From Lingula anatina (Eukaryota; Animalia; Brachiopoda), in the NCBI GenBank assembly GCA_051362555.1, contig CM120644.1:13600567-13664566 (forward strand): a DNA stretch of 64,000 nucleotides, given 5' to 3'. The notes beneath the pieces were generated by a model. That model worked only from the letters and a program-made list of their open reading frames with translations, searched no databases and was not told the DNA's origin. Positions 29,701 to 41,700 of the stretch are shown piece after piece. Numbering within the stretch: position 1 is the first letter of the stretch; every line of letters begins with the position of its first letter. The translations under genes were made by a program, and so were the position numbers.

Positions 29701-32700
29701 TGAACCAGCGTAGTTTGTAACTTAGGTCCTGATGATTAATTATTTTGGGCAAAATGCAATTTCTAAATTCATTCTTTTGCATTTGGCTAAGCTTACAAAT
29801 TTAATAAAGTCCAAAAATCTGCTTCCCCCTGAAGAAAAGAGAAAAAGGGAGAAACATTTCATTATTTGAAAGACATTTTGGAGAATTTGTGGCACAATTA
29901 CCTTTCAGCTGTACAACTGAAATGTTAATTTTAGATAGAAAAAATGTAATGTCACGCAATTTTCATCACTAAGCCAACCTATGAATAAGAACACATAATA
30001 TTTTAGACCTAACATACATTTTCAAGAGTTTGTTGTATGGAAACAATAATTATAATAACATATAACTTAATTACACCATACAGTTGATAAGGATATGAAA
30101 AAATGTACATTAAAAATATTATTTCTGTTAACTACTAATTGCTAATGCACAAATTCAGTCATCATCCTTAGCTTCTTACACACTGACTGGTATAACCACA
30201 ACATGACCAAGAAATATGCCAAAAAAACTGTTATGGATGACACTTATAATAATTTGTTACAAACACACTTTTCTTTTAACTCCATTTTCGAATTGAATTT
30301 TATCTTGGCTTAAACATAGGAGTAACACTTCAGCGTGCTTTTGAAGTTAACCTGTTTTGATTTGTGTGAGCTTTGAGTGATGCTTTGGTGTTTTCCAAAT
30401 TTTAACTTTTATTTGTGTCATTGTTAATTGTTATGTTCTTGATTTCTACGTTTTATTCATAAGTTTGCTTTAGTTTTTGATGAGGTCAATGGTGTATAAT
30501 TTTATTTATGTTTTTCAGTTTTTTAGCTTATTTGGTGTCCAGATCATTCAATGTAAACACTGCTGAACTTGTTTGTTGCTTCTTTATTTCATTACTTTCT
30601 CCTCTGTGGTTTTCTTCCTTCCAGTGGCTATTTGTTATTTTGTTTTATTTCTTTTCGTCGACAGTATAGCCATAGAAAGAAAGGGCCTGCACCACAGCCA
30701 CCAAAGGTAGTATTGTGTGAGGGGTGATATTAGTGCCACCTATCCTTAGTATTTAGAAAAGGAGGATACTAGTGCCACCTATCTCTAGTGTGTTTTGATG
30801 GTGCCACTAGTGCCACCTATGTTGAGTTTTGTTTTAGGGTGATGGGAACTCGCAGCCCATGTAGGGGACCATTTCCACAACCCTATCATACTAACTAGAT
30901 CGAACTGAATGCAATTTATCGAGAATCCCGTCAGATTTAGATCGATCATTGTAGTATGATAGGTTTGTGGGAACCCAGTGTAATTCTCACTGCACATTGA
31001 AGCCCCCACTTGTTTTACAGATATATTTCTAAAATCACTCAATATTGTGGCCATATATCTGTAAACCAAGTGTTTTATTTAGAATATAGGCATCATCTGC
31101 TCATATTCTATTAATACTATGATTATATCAGTTTTTGTTTAGATGTGATGGAAGGGGTGCTAGTACTGATTGCTGATTTATAGAGAAATGCTATCCTGAT
31201 AATTATTAAGTAATACAGGACCTGCTGTGCTGTTATTTGTTTTATAGATAGAAGCTCAATGAGTTCAATTATAGGACTTACTTATAATATAATATAATAT
31301 TATATAATAAAATATAATATAATATAATATAAAATGTTTAATACTGCATGATGTATGAAAGGGTGTGTTGATTGCTGGTTATATTTTATATGTTCTGAAT
31401 CATCAGTTGTGAGGATGAAGGCTACATTTTGATTGTGAAATGATCATCAGAAGTGATAATGCTGGTTTTTATGTGACACTGGCGAACAGTAAAAATCATA
31501 GTGCCTAGAGCTGGGGAAGTTGTTAGATTTGCCAGGAAGCTAACTGCCAAGCAGGAAACTGTTAATGTATTATAGACCATAGTTTGTTAAGAGTTGTATA
31601 GTTGTTTCTTTTAAAAAACGTCCCTGAAGAGCTGATTGAAAGGTAAACTCTATGAAAGGTTTAGGTAAAAGCTGTGTATATTATAAGTTAAGTTCTTGGA
31701 AAACTCCGACAATTTTCTTGGTAAACTCTTAGAAAGCTGGTGGTTATTTCTGAAAAGGGTTATACCAAAAGCTGTTGGCAAACATCTAACAAACTTATGG
31801 CATCCATAGTATGAGCAGTTTTTGACATCGGAATCCATGTATTGCTCCTAAACTTTCAATTGATGCCATCGGCGTAAGGAAAATTTGTTAGATGTGTTTG
31901 GCTATGGCAAATATACATGCAGCTCATAGTTCTGTCATGTTATGGGAATAGATTGCTATAGGGGGGTATGGTGTTATTAGTAAGTGAAGCAGTCATTGTC
32001 GTAAAATATCAAGGTTACTCGTATTGTTAAAAAAAGTGAAGGTTGCTCTTGATAGCTTGAGGCTGCCATATGTTTGTTTTTTACTGTCCCGAATTGATGG
32101 ACAAGAGAAGCTCTAAATTATAATTTAGACTGTTCACAGTTCGTTTGCTTGCAGTCACAGGTATTGTAGCTCTTGGGTGTAACAGCGATAATGCAAAAGA
32201 AAAAAAATTGCAGAAAAGTCAGAATGTGTCTGTGTCAGGCCGGCAACTCCATGGTCACTCAGTGGTCAAAATTTGGGAACAAAGCTTGCGCCTCACTGCA
32301 ATTAAAAAGCCACTAACTGTGATGCTGACTTTAGTAAGCTTTAAGATGTATTTGGGATTCCTGATAGAGCTATGATGATTGCAAATTCTTGTGCCTGTTA
32401 GAAAAGGAGATTTAACAGAGCCTGAAGTTTGAGAACTGATTGATAGTCATTGGATTAAAAATGGCATCAACGTTGACGCAGGTTTCATCAGGTTGGATGA
32501 AGATTTCAGAGAGATGTATTAATGACTTGTGAGTTAGCTTCGATACTGGAAAATGCTTCCCTCTTTTAAAAAAAGGATGAGACAGAGGAGAGACTGAAGC
32601 TCAAAAACTGGCAGATAGACAGTAGAAAACTGGTCTTATATTGTTGGTACCCTACAGAACTGATGTCTGATTCAATACACTTTGGATATGTCATTTCATA

Positions 32701-35674
32701 GTGGAATAAGGATCCTTGTTATCCTTCCTGTACGTCAGTGATTTTTGTGAACCTGCTTTAAATTTATAAAAATTAGTGTATAATTATTAGGTTGATAGTG
32801 AGTTATGGATTTATTACTAACATTCAAATTGCAAGCCCTCTGAGATATTAACAATGTTAGAAGTCAAAAGGTTGCAATGTTAAGTTTAAATTGGCGCTTA
32901 AGGTGTTAGTTTACTTATTTTGTTGTAAACAATTTGCAAACTTAACAGAACTAATTTCCTGTGCAGCATTTCAGGCCAGAATACTTTGAAAACCTTAAAT
33001 TTAATTTAGTAATATATGATGATATACTACGGTTACCATGCATTATGTATGTCATAGCTTATTAGTGTTGGACTTATGAACAAATCAACTTAGAAAAAAC
33101 CATATTAATATAACATATTTGAACAAATCAGCTTAGAAAACTATATTAATATAACATGTTTGAACAAATCAGCTTAGAAAACTATATTAATATAACATGT
33201 TTGAACAAATCAACTTAGAAAAAACCATATTAATATAACCAAACTGAAGCTTTGGGTCAGTCTATATACAAAAAATCCACAATGGCAATTTAAGAAAGCA
33301 TTGTGAAGGTAAAATATTAGGACACTGTAGTGGTTTGAATTGCTATGCTTATTTGTGTTTGTGTTTGAAATAATTGAAATCCAGATCACAGTGATTTGTG
33401 TGGAGTGTTGTTGCTTTTGTCTTTTTCACATTTCCCTCCCTGGAATTTGAATATTTTAAAATATTAACTATAAATAAATGAGAATAATGTCAATTTTTGG
33501 TTCACTTGCATGTAAAAATTGTAACGATAATGATGTAATATATAATAAGGCAAATCAAAGGATGTGAGACATGATTAAAATTACAACACCAATTTGAATA
33601 TTTTTTTTTTATCTTTTTCCAGCCTCCAGAAAAAAGAGGATACCTCAAAGTGACAAAAATTATGGATGGAAATAAAAAGTTGAAGTAAGACCAAGTGTAA
33701 TTGTTACAATCCATGCTCAATTAGAAATTGATACAAACTGCCTTAGACAAAATCATATATTTTTTTTATTATTTTTTGCATTGGAACCACACTTATTAAA
33801 AGTTAAATATTTTTTCACTGATGAAATTTTCAAGTTTCTACCGTATATTAGACAAGAAATTGAGATAACATTAATTTTTTCAAAAGCAATGAGTTTTGCA
33901 TAGTTTTGATTGTGTACTTGTGGTAAAATTTATAATGCATGTAAATTATTCTTTATATTCCAAATGTCTTTATATACAGAAATAACCATTTGCTTATATT
34001 TACAAAAGTATACTTTAATGCTTTTCTGTTGCAGGAAAAATTGGTCACAGATCTTTATCGTTCTCACAGGTCCAAAACTTTTCTTTTATAAGGATACTAA
34101 AAGTGCTGTAGGGGTAAGAGTGTATGATTCTGCACGGATATAATATTATATTGAATTTCTTAATCCACACACACGCAAACACACACACACACACACACAC
34201 ATGCACACACACACACACACATTACAGAATAATGAAGAACGGACATAAAACATTTAAAATTCTGCCTTGCTTTAACTGTATCTAATTATTGAATGAAAAT
34301 TTTATTTCTGTGAATATTAAGAAGTACAGGGTGCCTTATCTAACATCTGGACATTACTCCTGCATGCACACACACACACACGTGCAGGCTGTCTCTCTCT
34401 CTGTGGACATACTTCCACTGTAAAATATTTGATTGAAGAATAAATGCTTAATATCTGTAAAAGCCTTTCATTATTTCTACTTTTAGCAGCAAGGTAAACC
34501 AGACCAGGAGTTTGAGGTGGGAAAGATGGACGTGGAGTGGGCCGGCAAGGAAGTCTCCAGTAAAAAAAACACCATACAGGTATCATAATGCTTTTAAAAA
34601 TATGGTGTCTTATTTATGCCAGTAGGGCATTTTTTTCTAAATTATGCCAGTAAAAACTTCTTTTAACCTTTGAGGTATAACATTCCAACTCTTCATCAAA
34701 GGGCCTTGACAACATGACTGACTCATTTGATGTGAGCTCTGGAATTTATGATGTAATAACATTTTATAATTTGGGGGCAGGGGGGGGGGAGTCAGTTTAC
34801 TTAATCATCACCATAATTGTGCAAGAGACAGCAAGACCTATTTTCCTATTTTGGCACAATGCAGGTAATAAAATGATCATCAAATTTTAATTAATGATAA
34901 TTAGCACTGTAGGCAGAGCTAGGTTATTGAAATTAAAAAAGAAGTAACTTCTGTTTCTTGACTGACAGTTCTATGAATAAGATGTCTTGATGTATTTTTA
35001 TTATGCTCTTAACAGTGCCTAGAATCAGCTGTTTGCTGATGGTTTACCACATGTCATCCAGAGTCAAGAAATTTGTGAATAATGTTATCTCACCTTGTGT
35101 CTAAGATCTTAAATTTGTAAACTAGTCAAACATTTGCGGATATATTCTCTCAGTTGAACACCTAATAGATTAATCTTGAAATCTGATTCAGGTTCATCTA
35201 TCCAGAATTTAGATCAATTAAATTTTTGTAAAATTTGTTCATACCTTCTTCTCTGTATTACATCTCTGAAAGTACATGTTTATTGCTGTGGTATTTTTCA
35301 AATTGGCGTCAACAACAGATATTTAGTAGTTAATGTAATTTTGTCAATAATTCTGTTTTTTTTTTTCAGTTAAGCTGCACAGTGGACTTAGAACTTCAAC
35401 AATACCTCTTACAGCAAGATGACCAGGGAGTCATGCAAGAATGGCATTCAGACATCTCAAAGGCTATCAAACGATTTGTAAGATTTTTGGTTGAATCCCA
35501 GTATTAATATTTTTCTTTCAGATTTTGATTTTTTTCAGTTTAAAGTTGTAAATTGACAGTTGCATTGATTTTTGATAGTTATTTTTAGTTTGAAATTAGA
35601 AGTAAAATGAGCACAGAGGAATATTATAAGATTGTTTCCGAGATGAGCATGTTTAGCCAGTTATGAATATAAAT

Positions 35675-35719
<45 letters not shown>

Positions 35720-38700
35720 ATAAAATTACTCTCAAGTCATAAGTCATTAAGAAGGTCTCATTTTAAAGTTGTTATACACTGCTTTCATACCATGTTTCCT
35801 ACCAATTTTTTTACAATGAAAAACAAAATATTACTGTTTATTCAGAGACCCAGACCAGCAGAAAACCTACAACATAGCACTTCCTTTAAAAAGAGCGCAA
35901 CATTACCTGCGACACTCCAATCCAACGAGAGTTACGACTCTGTTCAAATGCGACCAATCAGCGCCAGGGGGCGGTTCCAGTCATCATCAAAAAGTGAGTG
36001 TGATGTGATCAAGAAATCTCGAAATTCAACAGTAACTGTCGATCAGAGTCTTTTAGATTTTAAAACAGATTGTGAAATTGAAGCCCCTGAAATTGAAGCC
36101 CCCAAAGGTCACTCAAAAGAGGTGACGACATGTGACAGTTATTTTGTCCCTGAAGCTGAATCTGATTTGATGGCTGCTCAAAGTGCATGGTATACACCTT
36201 ACAATTCTGTCCAGCAACAAAATGGTAGAACTGAAATGGAAGCCCTACCAGTTGGGGATTCCTCAAAAGCAAACTCCATTGTGGCTGATGCTAAATCTTC
36301 CACAGCTAAAAAGAAGAAAAAGAAAGATAAAACTAGTAAAGGGGCAGCTAAAACTGATGTTCACTTGGCAAACAGTTCGTTCTTTAGATTTGACAGTAAT
36401 TCCCAGTCTCCTGGTCTGACTCACTCTCAAGGTGTCACGGCTTTCCTTGCTCGAAGCACTCTTCCAAATTTGAGAACTCCTCGAAAAATGAGTGATCCTT
36501 TCTTGTTCACTCAAAACATCCCTTCTGTGAAGTCTAAACGCAAAAGTGAAGGAATGCAATTGTCTAAATATGGACTTGGAAATGATCTATCCCAAAATGT
36601 TTATATGAAAGACGGAAAGGCTGGTGTGGGGGTTTCCAGTTTTACAACAGGGGAGTACCTTGCCTGCCATAGTGACAACATGTTACAAGGATCATCTGCT
36701 AAAAACAAAAAGGGATCAGGTAAAAGTAAGTATAAGTACACCCTGATCCTGAAAAACTTGATCAACTTAAAAATCACCTTAAGAATAAGCTCTCATCCAA
36801 ATTTTGTCAATTCTAAGATACCTATTCCTAAACCACATAATCCCAGCCCCCCTCTCAAAAATTATTGAAGAAATAAGCTTTGACTGAAAGTCCATCATTT
36901 ATGAAATTTTCCAGAATAGTCTTTGCCTATTTCATAATCTGTCATATGATATTGTTAAAATCAATCTAAAGCTTTTTTACATCCACCGTGATGATTCTAC
37001 CCTTAAAACCTGCGATATTGCCACCAATAAACACAAAATATGAATAAGGATTAGGTAGGGGGATGCGGTTGGGGGGGGGGGGGGAGGGGGAGTAGAAGGG
37101 AGGTGTTCTTACCATGCTCTTTAGCAGACTGTCAGTTACAGCACTAGGCCGAAACAGAATTTGGCAAAAAAAGACCCGAAGATACTCATCACTGAAAATA
37201 ATTCTTTATATAAAACAGAATCCATAAGAAACTTAATCAATGCATGCTCATTTCAGTTTAAAGACAAGTTCAGACTAGGTGCAACTTAAACTCGGATAGT
37301 TGTTACTGACATCACCATGTTGAGGATGCTATTGCTTAATGCTGAATTGAACAGCCAAGGTGCAAGAGGCTCATCCCTGCTCCAGCACCCCACTCCTATG
37401 ACCTGTTTTTATTGCTTTTTATGTCAGTTAAACTAAGTGAAAACAGATTTAAGTTTGACCTGGTTTGAACATGCCTTTACATTTAAACATATGGCTTGTG
37501 GAATGCATGCATATTACACTGTTGTCGGCCCTCTCCCTAAGGTTGTTGAATTGTAGGATATCACATGATGGAACCATCTGAACTTGACATCATTTAGAAG
37601 CCCCATGCCTTGAAATACTGTCCTAATTAACTGTTTTAGGAAATAGAGAGAATTAACTCTTAAAAACCAGCTAGTACTAAAATAAATGTGCATTATGATA
37701 AATAGTGTTAGAGACACAGATGAAAGTTTTTCTGTAAAATTCCTCTGTCTATACAATGATGTTTTGACAGAGAATATACTTGAGCATGGGAATTTCATGT
37801 TAAATTATTTCTTGCCGTAGATAAAATATTTAAAGTGAAATGCAGATTAAAAGATTATTCTACTCATTTCTCTTTATTAACTTCAATCCAGGCTCAACTT
37901 CCAGTGCCTAATACACATTAAACATTTGAAATTTATTGTATTCACAAGAGGGGGAATTGGTCTGCCTTGATGGTACCGACAGAGCTGCTAAAGCTTTTGA
38001 AATAGATTATTTATAATTTCATTATCACCCATTTAACCCAACTTTCAGGCAGAAAATCGGAATTGGTTCGAATGGGTAAAAATAATTTCTCATTATAAAC
38101 CTACCTGTCTCCTTTTCCTTCCCTTATTCTTCCTCTACAGAGTTCATAAACAACATACTTGATTTGTTTTTTCTTTTTATGATATTTGAATCACATACAT
38201 GTACATATGCACTGCTGGAGAGCTTTCGGCTGCATATAGAGTATTTGTAGCTGCATAGTACTGGTAGCACTTTTAATGACTTTTGTTGTTTGTTTTTAAT
38301 CACTTTTTATTCTGATAATATAAAACCTCACTCAGAAAGAGAGCAAAATTTTATCTTTGCTTTCTCTTTTTATCTTTTCACAGATTTTGTCCTGTATTTG
38401 ATACGTTTCCAGCTTGCAGTGTGTTTTGCTTGTATTTAGCTGTTTATGTGGCATAGTGTGATGCATTGATTTATGATAACCTAAATAGAACATTGCACTG
38501 TATTGCTTATTTTAAACATGTCAGCTTATGAAATATTAGATGTAAAACAGTTTGTATTTAAGTAAAAGGAACTCGTTCTATAAATTGATGAATTTGGAAA
38601 GAATTTTATTTAGACCATGACTTTCACTACCGACTGATTTTAATACTTGTTGAACTCTTAAAATGAAGAAAAAAATGTATGAATTCAAAACTAAGAATCA

Positions 38701-41700
38701 CTATATTTTGTATTACAGCTACAGGGTTTCGCAGAAGTTTAAAGAAATCAAAATTCCGTCAAAGAGCTTCTGTAAAACAAACTTCAGAATTAAAAGTTGA
38801 ATCTCAGGAAAATGAATCTTCTGAAGGTTGATTGATGTATTACTAGCCACATTTTGCTTATCTGACATAATTACGAAAAAAAATCTTAGAATGTATTTTT
38901 ATTTATTTTAAAGCCCCAGTGAAAATGAACTGACTGAATATGAAACATTTTAGAATGCAAATATTATCATTCCTGCAACAGTTTCAAAGCTCTGTGCAAA
39001 TGTGTGGGAACTGATGACTCCTTTTGTTTGAACAATTTTTAACAGCAACTTGTGGCTTTGCATCAAATGTGACAAGTATCTCAACCGATGCATTCTCCAA
39101 CCCTGCCCTCCTGTCTCAACTAACACAATGTGGCAAAGCCAGTGAAAAATGCCTTTGTCCTCTCCATTTAGAATTATATAGTATTATAGGTAAATGCTAC
39201 ATTTGATTTATAATTCCCTATAATTTGATCGCATTTATTTATTTATTTATATTTGTGGTAGCAAAGTTTTTTAAGAGCCTGCTTAACAGTTATTTAGGAT
39301 ACATGCTCTTTTTGTTATAAACCTGCATTTTGCTTGTCAGTTACCTAAAAAAATTAAAAATAAATTAAAAAACAGACAAAAATTGCAATCTAAATCAAAC
39401 TTGACTTCCTTCTGTTTGATATTCCCATGCTTTTTACATTCCAATGAACCTAAGAATGAAATCAAGGGACAAATTGAAGAATCATCTGATTTGCTTTATT
39501 TTCTTAAATTCATACTCTAGTTCAATCACATGATATGTACATTGAATTATAGAAAGCCAGGGCTTCTGTTTAAAAGCTTCCCTATAATATATTGCCAGTA
39601 ATTAGGATTTGGAAAATATAGAAAGATTATCAGCAATTTTTTATAGTCAGATATACAGAAGTTCAATAGATTGTATGAATGATTACTGTCAGATTTATTG
39701 TTGTGATTATAAATGGAGACTGATTTCTGTCAATTTTTTAAAGTAAAAAAAGAGTATGCTAAGTAATACTAACATACTGTAGATTTTTTATAGACAAACA
39801 ATATGTGATCACCGAGAGTCAGTATTAATTAGTTGATATTAAATGTAATTAATTGATCAATGTATTGAATTTAATTTGCTGAGATGCAATCATATTAAAT
39901 ATGCAAGAAATATTTGGAAAGCTGTATGCCAGTCATATATGATGACAATTGAATTGCCTGCTGTAAATTTCTCATTTCAATCTGGGCTATTATGAGAATT
40001 TATTCTCCATATTACCCATATTTCAAAGAATTACACAAACCGTTTTAATGTTTACAGTATGCCCCTCCTTTCCCATTACATATTACTGAAGTTTTGAATT
40101 GATTTTTTTTCCAGCCAGTAGTAAATATATTGTCACCCCAGACCAGGAAACAGTGGACCAGATGAACTTCAGTGACAAAAAGAGCAAAATCCGTGACAGG
40201 TTGCTGAAATTCTTAAAGAAGCGGCCAACGATGGAGTCTTTACAGGAGCAGGGAATTTTGCAAGGTTAACAAGTTGCATCCTTGTCCATTTCAATTTTAA
40301 AACCAGGAAATTCTTCAGTCTACAACATTAATATGTCTTTGAAATGATATTTAAGTAGTTTTCTTTGTTTCTACTAGAGTTAGAGTAGTGTTTCTTTAAA
40401 AAGGCGTAAGAAATAATTTCAATTTGCTTCTGCATAGAACAGTGGAAATTTGTGTTGTTGTAATAAGGGCACACTATCCTTTTACCTAAAATCCAGAGAA
40501 GTACATATTTGACATTTTTATTGAAGCCATTGGTTCCTGTACATGAAAATGTTAAGAAATGTATATATATTTTTTCAGTTAAGTTTGTGAAATGGAATTT
40601 AAATTTTAAAATGGTGAACTTTTACAGAGAGTGTGTTTGGGTCTCACCTGGATAGGTTATGTGAGAGAGAAAGGACCACAGTGCCCATATTTGTGAAAAG
40701 GTGCATACAGGCAATTGAGAACAAAGGTATGAGATAAAAGTTGTATTTATTTATTTATTTATTTTGAATTATTGGAGGACATATCTTTGGAAGGTTCTCT
40801 GATGTTTTAGAGACTCAAAGATTCATACTGCTCATTGACATTGTTTCATTTCAGTTATTAATGAGATAAAAGTAGTGAAAATATTGCTATTTGTTATTGA
40901 TGTGAAATTATAAACTTTCAGGTCTCAGTATAGATGGGATCTACAGAGTGAGTGGAAATCTGGCACAGGTGCAAAAACTCAGGTGTGCTGTTGACCAAGG
41001 TGAGGCCGTAATTAAATTTCACACCTGTGTCAACATTTGTATATGTACAATATTCATAAAATAAATGTACATGCATGTAATTGTGTACAAGTTTGTTATT
41101 ATGTTTTTTTTAGTTTTTGTCTTTTTTTTCTTTACTTCATTGCAGTCAAATTTTCAAGTGTATATATTCTACAGCCTTTGAATTTCTTTAATTGAAAATT
41201 TTTGTAGGGATTATGTCCTTACTTGACCAAGAAGGCAAGTTTTTATAGAAGTGTAGAAATGCAGTTTGAGATTCTCCTAACCCTGTTGTGTGGAACTTTA
41301 TTCAAGCTTCTTTGTCAAGAGTAAAAAGAATTGAAATCAAAATTTAAAAATGAAAACATTAAATAAAGCAGTTGATATTATCCTACATTCTTTATCTAAT
41401 TTGCCTTGTAGATATTTTCTTCCCCCATTTTATAACAGATTACTTTGTATTTATAAATCTACCAAAATAGATGATATAGCAACAACCTCTTCTATTTTGA
41501 TCCATGAAAAGATACCTTCCATCTTGCTTTACTTCTGTCCATTTTGTTTATAAAGTGTGCTCACATCTCTGTTAACCAGTTTGTCTAAGAGAGCATTCAC
41601 AACTAGGTGATCCACACACTAATCAAATATGATGGTCATATATGGTCAACCCACTTGAAAGCATGTGCATAATCCCCACAGGGAATCTGTTCTGTGTCTA

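Noticed and set aside
35663-36868. 401-aa ORF as a stand-alone gene
   Set aside because: Its N-terminus is an intronic poly-T run. The real part is internal exon 35846-36725 of the RhoGAP gene.
37055-37102. G-rich tract as a functional G-quadruplex
   Set aside because: Poly-G/C runs are common throughout this window (e.g. 722, 6700, 18610), and nothing singles this one out.
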